Below, piece by piece: positions 38,127-48,146 of a stretch of 64,000 nt of DNA. Location of the stretch: the NCBI GenBank assembly GCA_903825415.1, contig CAIKAN010000028.1:3474-67473 (forward strand), in the 5' to 3' direction. How positions within the stretch are numbered: the first letter of the stretch is position 1; every line of letters begins with the position of its first letter. The translations under genes were made by a program, and so were the position numbers. Under the pieces are notes generated by a model. It saw nothing but the letters and a program-made list of their open reading frames with translations. It was not told the origin of the DNA and did no database searches. The DNA is from an uncultured bacterium. Lineage in GTDB: Bacteria > Patescibacteriota > Minisyncoccia > Phycocordibacterales > PALSA-1337.

Positions 38127-38210
38127 CGTATACGATCACAACCACCGTTCACCGTATCACAACTCATCTGTCTCATTTTTCTTTGAAGCTCTTTCTGCTA
38201 GAATGACGTC

Positions 38211-39920
38211 ATGAAAGAACAGATCCTAGAATGCCTGAAAAAGGCAGTTACAAAGCTTGGAATAGATGCGTCTGACGCGAATTTGAGCTTTCCTGATAAT
38301 GTCGATCATGGCGATTATACGACCAATATCGCTCTCATAAGCGCTGGAAAAAGCAAAACCAATCCGAGAAAACTAGCGGAAGAGATAGTCAAAGAGATAG
38401 AGATCAAAACACCTGACTTCTTGGAATCTGTCACTATCGCCGGGCCAGGGTTCATAAATTTCAAGATCAAAGAAGGGATTTTGGCGAAAGAGGTCGTTAA
38501 GCTTTCTGAGGCAGGAGATGATCTCGGTAAATCTCAAACTGAGGCTGGCAAAAAGATCCTGATCGAATATACGGATCCAAATACATTCAAAGCTTTCCAT
38601 ATCGGCCATTTGATGGCGAACGCCATAGGTGAGTCGTTGTCTCGGCTCATTGAATGCTCCGGCGCCTCAGTCACTCGCCTGTGCTATGCGGCAGATATAG
38701 GTTTGCATATCGCGAAAGCTATTTGGGCTTGGCAAAGACATTTGAATGAGACTCCAGCTGACGATGCTGATATCATTCCACGCACCGCATTTCTGGGAAA
38801 GATGTATGTCGAGGGGACGAAAGCTTACGATGATGATCCCATCGCAAAAAAAGATATCGATGCCCTGAATAAAGTCATTTACGATAAGTCTGATGACAAA
38901 GTGATGGCCTTATATGAAAAGGGCAGGAAGTGGAGCCTCGATCATTTCGAGCTTTTGTATAAGCTATTGGATACGAAATTTGACGCTTATCTTTATGAGA
39001 GCGAGATGGCTACGGTCGGCTTAAAGATCGTGAAAGAGAATATGAGCAAGGTATTCAAAGAAAGCGATGGAGCGATAGTCTTCCATGGTGAAGATTACGG
39101 TCTTCATACCAGAGTATTCATAAACTCTGTCGGCTTGCCTACATACGAGGCAAAAGATATGGGGTTGAATGCCACGAAATTCTCAAAGTATCCTGACATT
39201 GACCAGTCTATTATAGTCACCGCGAGCGAGCAGAACGAGTATTTTAAAGTCATCCTCAAGGCGCTTTCCTTATTTGATAAGGAAGCCGCAGCCAAGACTA
39301 TGCACATAGGGCATGGAATGATGCGCTTTGCTTCCGGTAAGATGTCTTCGCGTACAGGAAATGTCATCACTGCGGAATCCTTACTCGCTGATGTGAGAGA
39401 GATGGTTGCTGAGAAAATAGCAAGCCGAGGATTCGGTGAAGGGGAAGCGACCGAGATATCGGATATTATCGCTGTAGGTGCTATAAAATATTCCGTTCTC
39501 CGTTCAGCGATCGGCAGCGATATCATCTTTGATTCAGCAAAATCTATCTCCTTCGAAGGCGATTCTGGTCCATATCTACAATATTCTGCCGTGCGAGCCG
39601 CTTCTATATTAGAAAAGGCTAAGCAGGAAGGGGTGTCGCAGACTGTCAATTCATTGCCGGAAAAAGTCTCTTTGGTTGAAAAGCTTTTGATCAGATTCCC
39701 GGAGATCATCTCTAGAGCCAAAGCCGAATATGCTCCACAAGGAGTCGCCAATTATCTGATGAGCTTGGCGGGAGCATTCAATAGTTTCTATGCTTCGCAA
39801 GTCATCGTAGACAAGAATGATAAGCTCTCTCCGTACTATGTAGCGCTTACTAAGGCATTCAGACAGACGATGGTGAATGGGTTGTGGGTGCTGGGAATAA
39901 AAGTCCCTGAGAAGATGTAG
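38211..39920 (+). CDS. argS: arginine--tRNA ligase
   Basis: Class I HIGH-type motif region (…FHIGHL…) and a KMSSR-like GKMSSRTGNV. Confidence 0.85.
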   Translation: MKEQILECLKKAVTKLGIDASDANLSFPDNVDHGDYTTNIALISAGKSKTNPRKLAEEIVKEIEIKTPDFLESVTIAGPGFINFKIKEGILAKEVVKLSEAGDDLGKSQTEAGKKILIEYTDPNTFKAFHIGHLMANAIGESLSRLIECSGASVTRLCYAADIGLHIAKAIWAWQRHLNETPADDADIIPRTAFLGKMYVEGTKAYDDDPIAKKDIDALNKVIYDKSDDKVMALYEKGRKWSLDHFELLYKLLDTKFDAYLYESEMATVGLKIVKENMSKVFKESDGAIVFHGEDYGLHTRVFINSVGLPTYEAKDMGLNATKFSKYPDIDQSIIVTASEQNEYFKVILKALSLFDKEAAAKTMHIGHGMMRFASGKMSSRTGNVITAESLLADVREMVAEKIASRGFGEGEATEISDIIAVGAIKYSVLRSAIGSDIIFDSAKSISFEGDSGPYLQYSAVRAASILEKAKQEGVSQTVNSLPEKVSLVEKLLIRFPEIISRAKAEYAPQGVANYLMSLAGAFNSFYASQVIVDKNDKLSPYYVALTKAFRQTMVNGLWVLGIKVPEKM

Positions 39921-39950
39921 GGTATTCCACTCGAACCCGATTTTGGTTTC

Positions 39951-40229
39951 TTGAGAAGTAGTAAAATAAATAAAAAGTGCTACTATCATTCTATGACTAC
40001 AAAGAATCAATTCAATATCATCATAAAGAGGACCAGAAAATGGTTCATCGGTTGGGTGGAAGAGATTCCAGGAGTTAATTCTCAGGGTAAATCTCTCAGA
40101 GAGCTGCGACAGAACCTTCATGATGCATTGCTCATGATTATTGATGCCAACAAGACTATTGCTCGGGAAAATATCAGTAAAAGCAAGAATTACCGCAGAG
40201 AGCTATTGAATATTCAAGTCCCGGCTTAA
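39951..40229 (+). CDS. hicB: HicB-family antitoxin
   Basis: FIGWVEEIPGVNSQGKSLRELRQNLHDAL matches the HicB N-terminal (UPF0150) pattern. The start is probably at an internal Met. Confidence 0.6.
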   Translation: MRSSKINKKCYYHSMTTKNQFNIIIKRTRKWFIGWVEEIPGVNSQGKSLRELRQNLHDALLMIIDANKTIARENISKSKNYRRELLNIQVPA

Positions 40230-40235
40230 TTCGAT

Positions 40236-40430
40236 ATGAAAAGGCTAGACTTGATGAAGCACTTGAAAGAAAATCATTGCGAACTCTTTAGGGAAGGGGC
40301 AAAACACTCTGTGATCAAGAATATATTGAACAATAAGGTATCTTCGATCCCAAGACATTCAGAAGTCGAAAACCATCTTGCGAGGAAAATTTGTAGGGAC
40401 CTCGGTGTAATTGAGATCACAAAGAAATAG
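40236..40430 (+). CDS. hicA: HicA-family mRNA interferase toxin
   Basis: MKRLDLMKHLKENHCELFREGAKHSVIKN…IPRHSEV… (HicA/YcfA pattern). Confidence 0.6.
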   Translation: MKRLDLMKHLKENHCELFREGAKHSVIKNILNNKVSSIPRHSEVENHLARKICRDLGVIEITKK

Positions 40431-40470
40431 CTAGAATTAAGGCGGCAAAAGATGTTAAGATAACTTCATC

Positions 40471-43400
40471 ATGGATGAGTTAAAACCAAACAAAAGCCCG
40501 CATGCCGAGCGCGAAGAGCGCATTTTGGCGTCATGGAAAGAGAAGGGAATATTCGAGAAGAGCTTGGAGAAGAACAAGGGCAAGGGTAAAGATTTCCTCT
40601 TCTATGAGGGTCCTCCCACTGCCAATGGCCGTCCAGGCATCCACCATCTCGAAGCTCGCGCTTTCAAAGACGCTATACCTCGATACAAGACCATGCGGGG
40701 ATTTTATGTGCGCCGCAAGGGAGGGTGGGATACTCACGGCTTGCCTGTAGAATTACAGGTTGAAAAGGAGCTTGGTCTCAAGTCCAAGAAAGAGATCGAA
40801 CAATATGGCATAGGCGCATTCAATGATAAATGCAAAGAGAGCGTCTGGAAATATGTCCATGAATGGGAGGGCTTCACCGATCGCATGGGGTATTGGGTCG
40901 ATCTCAAGAATCCGTATATCACATACAAGCCCGAATATATCGAATCTGTCTGGAATGTGATCAAGACTGTCGGTGACAAAGGCTTGCTCTACAAAGATTA
41001 CAAAGTCGTGCCATGGTGCCCTCGTTGCGGTACGGCATTGTCTTCGCATGAATTGGCGCAGGGGTATCAGGACGTGAAGGATCTGGCGGTCACGGTGAAA
41101 TTCAGAATCAATAATCAAAAGGCAAAAGGCAAAAATGAAAGTCAAAACTCAAAAGTAGAAGACACTTACTTGCTAGCTTGGACGACGACACCTTGGACGT
41201 TACCGGGGAATGTGGGGTTGGCAGTTAATTCAAAAATTGAATATGTGAAGATAAAAGTCGAAGATGATGGTTTCTATATTCTTGCGAAATCTCGTCTGGC
41301 GGTCTTGAAAGATACGAAATATTCGACCGTTGAAACAATGAAAGGTTCAGAGCTTGTCGGTATGGAATATGAGCCTCTTTATCCGTTTTTGAAGGACAAT
41401 ATCTCCGGTCCCGAAAAAGAGAAATTGGGCAACGCTTACAAAGTCTATGCCGCTGATTTCGTCACCACCGAAGATGGCACGGGCATAGTCCATACAGCCG
41501 TGATGTATGGCCAAGACGACTTTGAATTGGGAACGAAAGTAGGTCTGCCCAAATATCATTTGGTGAACGAAGATGGGACATTCAAAAAAGAGGCCGGATT
41601 CTTGGCGGGTGCTTTTGTTAAAGATCCAGGTACAGATGTCGCTATCATCAAGGATCTAGCTGGCAGGGGATTATTATTCGCAAAAGAAAAGTATGAGCAT
41701 AGCTATCCTTTCTGTTGGAGATGCCATACCCCTCTCATTTATTTTGCGCGCGATTCTTGGTATATCAAGATGTCGGCCCTGAGGAATGACCTGGTCAAAG
41801 AGAATGAAGGCATACACTGGGAACCTGGGCATATCAAAGAAGGGCGCTTTGGCGAATGGCTATCCGAGGTCAAGGACTGGGCTATTTCTCGTGAGCGCTA
41901 TTGGGGCACACCTTTGCCTGTCTGGTCATGTGAAAAGTGTAAGAAGATAAAGGTTGTAGGTTCGAAGGCGGATGTCTCTCAAAAGCCGAAAAATAGCTAT
42001 TCCATCATGAGGCATGGACAGGCTGAGAACAATACTCTCGGTATCATAAGCGATAAGCCTGAATATCCGCATCATTTGACGGATTTGGGCAGGCAACAAG
42101 TGGCTGAGACTGCTGAATCTCTGAAGGGTTCGAAATTTGATTTGATATTCGTATCTCCATTTGTGCGCACGATGGAGACGACGCAGATCCTGAAGGGTAA
42201 GCTCGGCTGGAAAGATGAGCAGATCCATGTCGATAGCCGCATCCACGAAGTTGGGGTCGGTGATTGGAGCGGCAGGAAGGTCGCGGATACCATGAAGGAG
42301 TTCAAGTATGAAGATAGATTCGAGCGTTGTCCGAAAGGAGGGGAGACTTATGCTGACGTAAAAAAGCGCATGGGAGATTTCCTGTATGACCTTGAATCAA
42401 AATATGAAGGCAAGAAGATTTTGATCATCTCTCATGAGACGCCGTTGTTCCTATTAGTCGCTGTAGCCAAAGGTTTGGACCGCAAACAATCTCTCGATCT
42501 GCGAGGAGATAAAGAATATATCGCCAATGCCCAAGAACAGGATCTTGATTTTGAGATCATTCCACATAATTCTGAGTATGAGCTCGACCTGCATCGTCCA
42601 TTCATAGATGAGGTAAAGTTGGCCTGCGAGTGCGGAGGCACCATGAATCGTGCCAAGGAAGTTTTGGATGTCTGGTTCGATTCCGGGTCTATGCCTTTCT
42701 CGCAGGACCATTATCCATTTGAGAACAAAGAATTGATCAATGGCAAAGGCTATCCAGCCGATTTCATTTCCGAAGCCATAGATCAGACTCGTGGTTGGTT
42801 CTACACTCTCCATGCTATCGGCATTCTGATGGGCAAAGGCAAGGCTTTTAAGAATGTCATTTGCTTGGGCCATATCTTGGATGCCAAAGGCAAGAAGATG
42901 TCCAAGTCGATCGGGAATGTGGTCAACCCTTGGGAGATGATGGATAAATACGGAGCCGATGCTTTGCGCTTTTGGATGTATTCGGTAAATCAGCCGGGAG
43001 ATTCCAAGAATTTTGAGGAGAAGACTGTAGATGAGATCGTGAAGAAGGTGTTTAATCTGGCGGCGAATGTATTGTCTTTTTATAAATTGTATGAGGATGA
43101 TGAAATCAAAAATCAAAAATCAAAAATCAAAAATACAGATAAAAAAGTCAAAAATAATCAATCGCAAAATGTTTTGGATCAATGGATTGTTGCTAGGTTG
43201 AATCAATTAATAAGCACGATTACAAAAGGACTGGATGGTTACATATTCATGGAACCAGCTAGGGCGATACGTGATTTTATGGCGGATCTATCGCAGTGGT
43301 ATCTCCGGAGATCGAGAGATAGATTTAAAGAGGAAGGGGAGGACAAAGAACAGGCTCTGGCGACAACCAGATTCATACTGATCACTTTAGCAAAGGTGAT

Positions 43401-44001
43401 GGCGCCATTCACGCCATTCTTCGCCGATTATCTGTACGAAGAGGCGGGCGGTGGATTGGAGAGCGTTCATCTTGAGAATTGGCCGGAGGCGAGCGAAATT
43501 GATATAAGTATCTTAAAGGATATGGAAACAGTAAGATATTTTTCTTCGAAAGGACTTGAGGCGCGATCACTTGCAAGGATAAATGTTCGGCAACCGCTTA
43601 AGACATTCCATATCAACGAATATAAATCATACATGCTCAAGCACGATTCAAATGGCTCCAATAAGGTTCCTAGTAGTGAGAAGATATCTCTGTCAGAAGA
43701 TATGGTCAATCTGATTCGTGATGAAGTAAATGTTAAGAATGTCTTATTTGATTCGACTATAGAAGAAGAGGTAAAACTAGACCTGATCATCACTCCTGAA
43801 TTAAAAGAAGAAGGCGATCTGCGAGAGCTTCTCCGCAAAATCCAAGACTTACGCAAGGAGAAAGGCTTAACTGTCGGTGACTTGGCGGTTTTGATGGTCA
43901 CGGATGAATTCAAGGCTATCGTTACCAAGAATGGAGACGCTATCAAGAAGGCTACGAATCTTAAGAGTATTGAATTTGGCGCAAAGTTGGAGATAAAATA
44001 G
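40471..44001 (+). CDS. ileS: isoleucine--tRNA ligase with an embedded histidine-phosphatase (PGAM-like) domain and low-complexity in-frame inserts
   Basis: HHLEAR (HIGH-like), WCPRCGT, the editing-domain region, DWAISRERYWGTPLPVW, DVWFDSGS, DQTRGWFY and KMSKS. Residues about 508-668 (nt about 41992-42474) read SIMRHGQAENN…SPFVRTMETT…EVGVGDWSG…GGETYADV…ISHETPLF, a histidine-phosphatase fold. Confidence 0.9.
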   Translation: MDELKPNKSPHAEREERILASWKEKGIFEKSLEKNKGKGKDFLFYEGPPTANGRPGIHHLEARAFKDAIPRYKTMRGFYVRRKGGWDTHGLPVELQVEKELGLKSKKEIEQYGIGAFNDKCKESVWKYVHEWEGFTDRMGYWVDLKNPYITYKPEYIESVWNVIKTVGDKGLLYKDYKVVPWCPRCGTALSSHELAQGYQDVKDLAVTVKFRINNQKAKGKNESQNSKVEDTYLLAWTTTPWTLPGNVGLAVNSKIEYVKIKVEDDGFYILAKSRLAVLKDTKYSTVETMKGSELVGMEYEPLYPFLKDNISGPEKEKLGNAYKVYAADFVTTEDGTGIVHTAVMYGQDDFELGTKVGLPKYHLVNEDGTFKKEAGFLAGAFVKDPGTDVAIIKDLAGRGLLFAKEKYEHSYPFCWRCHTPLIYFARDSWYIKMSALRNDLVKENEGIHWEPGHIKEGRFGEWLSEVKDWAISRERYWGTPLPVWSCEKCKKIKVVGSKADVSQKPKNSYSIMRHGQAENNTLGIISDKPEYPHHLTDLGRQQVAETAESLKGSKFDLIFVSPFVRTMETTQILKGKLGWKDEQIHVDSRIHEVGVGDWSGRKVADTMKEFKYEDRFERCPKGGETYADVKKRMGDFLYDLESKYEGKKILIISHETPLFLLVAVAKGLDRKQSLDLRGDKEYIANAQEQDLDFEIIPHNSEYELDLHRPFIDEVKLACECGGTMNRAKEVLDVWFDSGSMPFSQDHYPFENKELINGKGYPADFISEAIDQTRGWFYTLHAIGILMGKGKAFKNVICLGHILDAKGKKMSKSIGNVVNPWEMMDKYGADALRFWMYSVNQPGDSKNFEEKTVDEIVKKVFNLAANVLSFYKLYEDDEIKNQKSKIKNTDKKVKNNQSQNVLDQWIVARLNQLISTITKGLDGYIFMEPARAIRDFMADLSQWYLRRSRDRFKEEGEDKEQALATTRFILITLAKVMAPFTPFFADYLYEEAGGGLESVHLENWPEASEIDISILKDMETVRYFSSKGLEARSLARINVRQPLKTFHINEYKSYMLKHDSNGSNKVPSSEKISLSEDMVNLIRDEVNVKNVLFDSTIEEEVKLDLIITPELKEEGDLRELLRKIQDLRKEKGLTVGDLAVLMVTDEFKAIVTKNGDAIKKATNLKSIEFGAKLEIK

Positions 44002-44028
44002 AGACATGCCGAGCGCGCGATTCCCATA

Positions 44029-44757
44029 ATGTATAGCATCCAAACTACCCCTGGTTTCATCATCGATTCGCGGGCATACGGCGAAGCGGGGAAGATGTTA
44101 TTCATTTTCACGAGAGATCTGGGTTTGGTCATGGCGGTGGCGCAGGGGATACGCTTCGAAAGATCGAAGCTGCGGCCTTTCACGCAAGACTATTCATTCG
44201 GGGAATTCTCATTTGTCAGAGGGAAAGAGATGTGGAGATTGACGAGCGCGCAGGAATTCGATGAGTCCGGCGAGCTCGGTGAATATCATTTTCCCTTGTC
44301 AGGTAAAATCGCCTGCTCCAATTGCAACCGTATCATGGCTTGCCAGAGGCGCCAAGATACGGGCAATTGTAGCAGGCTCGAATCGCATTACCTGACAAGG
44401 GAAAATGATATTCACCGAGCTCGCCTACGCTCTGAATTGATAGCACGAGTAGCTTCGCTCCTTCGGCGATTCCTTCGAGGGGAAGAAGCGCATCCTGAAT
44501 TATTCGAATGTGTGAGGGCTTGTGGCGTCTTCTTGGCTAGCGATGAAGGCGACCTGACTTCAGAACAAATGGAGACACTTGAATCGTTGATCGTGATCCG
44601 CATCTTGCATAATCTAGGATATGTGGGGGATGTCTCGGGTTTGAATGGGGAAGTCTCTTCCAATGAGATCAGTCTGAGCTTGCTCGATGGCTTGAAACAA
44701 CATAGGGTGGCGATGAATAGGCATATAAACAAAGCGTTGAAGGAATCGCATTTATAA
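44029..44757 (+). CDS. recO: DNA repair protein RecO carrying an in-frame palindromic-element insertion
   Basis: N-terminal OB-fold region (…GKMLFIFTRDLGLVMAVAQGIRFERSKLRPFTQ…) and a C-terminal helical domain. Residues encoded by 44281-44413 correspond to the repeat element. Confidence 0.65.
   Translation: MYSIQTTPGFIIDSRAYGEAGKMLFIFTRDLGLVMAVAQGIRFERSKLRPFTQDYSFGEFSFVRGKEMWRLTSAQEFDESGELGEYHFPLSGKIACSNCNRIMACQRRQDTGNCSRLESHYLTRENDIHRARLRSELIARVASLLRRFLRGEEAHPELFECVRACGVFLASDEGDLTSEQMETLESLIVIRILHNLGYVGDVSGLNGEVSSNEISLSLLDGLKQHRVAMNRHINKALKESHL
44281..44413. repeat. palindromic element, family 2, copy 2, with perfect 26-bp terminal inverted repeats, located inside recO
   Basis: GAATATCATTTTCCCTTGTCAGGTAA … TTACCTGACAAGGGAAAATGATATTC are perfect reverse complements. 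The core AAAATCGCCTGCTCCAATTGCAACCGTATC…GGCGCCAAGATACGGGCAATTGTAGCAGGC…ATCGCATT has nested inverted repeats. Confidence 0.75.
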
Positions 44758-44901
44758 ACGTTGATTGTTATAAACAGTAGCGGCAAGAGAGGAGGAGACT
44801 GAGAGGCTTGACTTCTATCTAATATTTGCTAACCTTTTAGATGAAGAAAACTTTCGGCCGCAGTTCTATACGACTGCAACTTGGCGGAGGGTTTTTTTCT
44901 T

Positions 44902-45306
44902 TTAAGCCGGAAAGACTGACATAAAATACTTTTGCTTGTGCTTATTCTCTTTGATCTGAACATAGAATAACTCTCCAGTATGAATTTGACCGATAAATCT
45001 ATGGAGTATCTCTGATTTTCTCATGGGATTTGTCTGAGAATACGGTTTTAACATTGTATTCTCAATGAGATCTAGAGCACAAAGATAATATTTGAGACGG
45101 CGTACGCGATCATGCATATTCTTTTCTCTAAGATGTGCCCAGAAATAATCTAGTAATATCTTCTCTTTTTTGAAATATTTCGATCTGATATATGGCCGCC
45201 TTTTGGTTCTGGATTCGATATCCTTGTATATAGATAATGCCGTCGGATAGATTTCCGAATATTTTGTTCCAGCAAGCGGCCGCATCATCGTCTTGAATAT
45301 ATTCAA
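44902..45306 (-). CDS. hypothetical protein
   Basis: ORF only. Basic and Tyr-rich. No motif recognised. Confidence 0.3.
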   Translation of the reverse strand: MNIFKTMMRPLAGTKYSEIYPTALSIYKDIESRTKRRPYIRSKYFKKEKILLDYFWAHLREKNMHDRVRRLKYYLCALDLIENTMLKPYSQTNPMRKSEILHRFIGQIHTGELFYVQIKENKHKQKYFMSVFPA

Positions 45307-45777
45307 GGTTTCCAGATTCTATCAAACCATTATGAAAAAACGCTGAATTTTTGTTCAAAAAAGGATAAAGTTTTTGTGAGCTATTGGTTTTCAATAATAT
45401 CTGGGGAGGGAATATCAGATAGGAGCAATGAAAGATCCCCATAGGGCTACGGATATGGTATGGAGTGCGATCAAGAAGCGGTGTTTAGAGGAGAGAGGCC
45501 TTGCGGTCTCTCACACTGCTTCCTTATCTGATCCCAAGTTATATCCATAGCCCCATGGGGACTAGGTTTCAGCTTTCGCTGATCGAGGTGATGGTGACTC
45601 TATGAGCCTACAGATCCCAGATCCTATAAGCTCATTAAAGTGGAGTAATTTTTGACAAGTTTTACTCCGTGATCAGTACGGATACCGATCAAACTTGCCA
45701 AGGAGGCGATCCTTGGGGTCGTGCCGCTGCGCTCTGCGGCCGAGGTTATGGAAGGTTTATTTACGACCTATAAAGAA

Positions 45778-47364
45778 CTACAATTTGAGACCGTCTAAGA
45801 CACCCCAGACTTCTTTTCCCAGACCAAAACCCTCTGTATTCTGCCCGACCAAAGGTGTGGATGCCTCCGAAGTCTCTTCTATCGACTGTGGCGGTTCAGG
45901 ATCTGATGGTGTCGTTACGGTTTTGGTCAACTGTAGAAGCAACTTTTTCTCATACACCTTTGCTAGCGCTTCCACATGAGCCACTGTTGGACTACTCATC
46001 CCTGACTCCCAAAGCGCTCGATTGGCCAGCTCCTTTGGATCTGTCCACTGAACGAGGTCCACCCTTTTATTCTCCTGTTGTTTTCCATTCAGGGTGACGC
46101 TTTTGATCTTTCCCATCGTTCCTTTGTCTCCAAAAGGAATCTGACACTTTGAAGGATGGCCTCGGAACCACTCACCGTAGCTCCATTCGCCTCTCCTGCT
46201 ACCTGTCTTTCCCACGATAACCAAGACGTCGTTTTGTCCCGGCATTTCAAGAATGGGCAAGAGGTCGTTAGTGCCGCAACTGACGCGGACGAATCCTTCT
46301 GGTGCAGTCGGGATTTCGTTCAGGCGGCTTTGCAGCCACTTGTATTCATCAGGCGACAGACGCTCGCCTTTGACAAAGTAAACGATCTCCTTGCATTTTC
46401 CATCGTCGTCATAACGATCTTCGGCGGTGCTCGTCAACACACCCTGTGTTTCGATGAACAGTTGCCAGAGATGATCGAGGCGGTCTTGGCGGATCTTTTC
46501 CGCACCGAACACCAACCGTTCCAATTCCGAGATATCCTCTTTATTGAACCGATAGAAGCGTTCGCGTTTTCCCGGCCAATTCTTCTCGTAACGGATGGTA
46601 TGGGCCGATTTTAACCCTGGAGACATCGGGAAATAACTGATGTCTCCGTTTATTTCTCCACCCAATGTCTCAAATATCAGGCCATAGTGGCCATTGGGAC
46701 ATGAATGGTCTCTCAGTGCTGTCCCATCTCTCCTGGCCACTTCCTCCAACCGCGCCATGAACTGCTGGCGCAGGGGAAAGACTTCTGCTTCGGTTTGGAG
46801 AAATTTCTCAACCTCTTCGAGAGGTGCGACCCATAGCCGGCTTTCTAATTTGCCTCGTATGCGCTCTTTCCTAAGAAGAAATGCTGCGGCGTTGCCAAAA
46901 GCGAGCAGGGTATTGGTCTCCACATCTGAGTTCGGAGTGTCACTGAGGACTTCCGAAATCACTGCACCCCATGATGGGTTGCCGGATTCAGACGCGCACT
47001 CAACGATCCCGAGTCCGGGAATACCGTACTGGCCAAGAAGGCGAGTAACCTTGCCCAAGTATGATTGCTTGGCGCTCTCGCGCTCCTCCTGCACAGCTTT
47101 GACCGTATCATTCCGACGCTCAGCAAGGATGCCTCGCCCTTCGTCGAGCACCTTTCTGAGAGTTTCTGGTTCCGCGTCCGGGATGATCATTCCGCCTTTT
47201 GACAAGACGATCCCAAACTTACGGAACTCATCGGGTGCGATTTCGTAGTTACCTACGAATGTACCACCCTTCTTTGCGGCGGCGATTGAACCGCCCCACA
47301 GATATTTTGCGAACGATTCGTTCGCAACAATAACATCCGTGGTAATTTTTTCAAATTTCGGCAT
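45778..47364 (-). CDS. hypothetical 528-aa protein at the distal end of a higher-GC island
   Basis: Long ORF with GC richer than the flanks. No motif recognised by eye. Confidence 0.4.
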   Translation of the reverse strand: MPKFEKITTDVIVANESFAKYLWGGSIAAAKKGGTFVGNYEIAPDEFRKFGIVLSKGGMIIPDAEPETLRKVLDEGRGILAERRNDTVKAVQEERESAKQSYLGKVTRLLGQYGIPGLGIVECASESGNPSWGAVISEVLSDTPNSDVETNTLLAFGNAAAFLLRKERIRGKLESRLWVAPLEEVEKFLQTEAEVFPLRQQFMARLEEVARRDGTALRDHSCPNGHYGLIFETLGGEINGDISYFPMSPGLKSAHTIRYEKNWPGKRERFYRFNKEDISELERLVFGAEKIRQDRLDHLWQLFIETQGVLTSTAEDRYDDDGKCKEIVYFVKGERLSPDEYKWLQSRLNEIPTAPEGFVRVSCGTNDLLPILEMPGQNDVLVIVGKTGSRRGEWSYGEWFRGHPSKCQIPFGDKGTMGKIKSVTLNGKQQENKRVDLVQWTDPKELANRALWESGMSSPTVAHVEALAKVYEKKLLLQLTKTVTTPSDPEPPQSIEETSEASTPLVGQNTEGFGLGKEVWGVLDGLKL

Positions 47365-47612
47365 ATAGCCTTTCCACCTCCTCCCAGCATCTTTGATGGA
47401 AGAGATTGTTCTGTTGTCGGGATGCTCCGACTGTTGTTGACTAACTGATCAACCCGCGATTCCTATCGTGGGCTGAAAAAGTTTGGTGAATGTCCGCATA
47501 CATTCACCATTGGGAACCGCATTATGCATCAAGCGGGATGCAAGAGGTTTTTTCAATGAGTCCTTCTAAACTCATAAATGTTTTCAGCGTGTACATTCAA
47601 CGTCTCGTTTCT

Positions 47613-48146
47613 TTAGCCTGCGATCTGACCGAGCAGGTGGCGGTACACCATAGCTGCTACCGCCGAATCGTAGAGGGGATTATGCGTCCCACCCTCGAAC
47701 TCGCCGACGGACAGATTGTGTTTCTTCACATATCCATCCACCGAGGTCGCATCCTCGCCTGCCTGTTGCAGGTTTCCGCTTACATCGTAGAGCGGGTAGG
47801 GTGCATCCCAGTCGCCAATGAGCTTCTGGGTGTGCATGTCGCGAAGAACTTTCGTCTCTACGATGTAGCCCATGTGAACGACCACATCGGCTCCCTCCTT
47901 GTTGGCTTTGTAGAAGGCCGCGAAGGCAGCGAGGAGTGCCTCGTACGTGTCGTGGGTCACGGGGATGTTTGCGATCTTGGGGAGGACGTTCTCCTTGACC
48001 CAAGGGTCGGTGACTTCCGTGTCCGGGAGCCGTCCGACAAACCGAGCGATTTCGGAGCCTTTCTCGTCATAGACGAGCGCACCGATGGCGAACGCCCGTC
48101 CCCACAGCCCGTTTGTTTCGGCGTCAAAACTAAACAATGTCTTCAT
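47613..48146 (-). CDS. DEDDh-type 3'-5' exonuclease (DnaQ/oligoribonuclease-like fold)
   Basis: Exo I motif FSFDAETNGL (D-x-E) and Exo III motif H-x4-D (THNPLYDSA). 177 aa. Confidence 0.55.
   Translation of the reverse strand: MKTLFSFDAETNGLWGRAFAIGALVYDEKGSEIARFVGRLPDTEVTDPWVKENVLPKIANIPVTHDTYEALLAAFAAFYKANKEGADVVVHMGYIVETKVLRDMHTQKLIGDWDAPYPLYDVSGNLQQAGEDATSVDGYVKKHNLSVGEFEGGTHNPLYDSAVAAMVYRHLLGQIAG

Noticed and set aside
39925-39945. Possible minus-strand tRNA T-arm (ACTCGAACCC)
   Set aside because: No compatible 7-nt T-loop stem or acceptor stem could be built from the flanking sequence.
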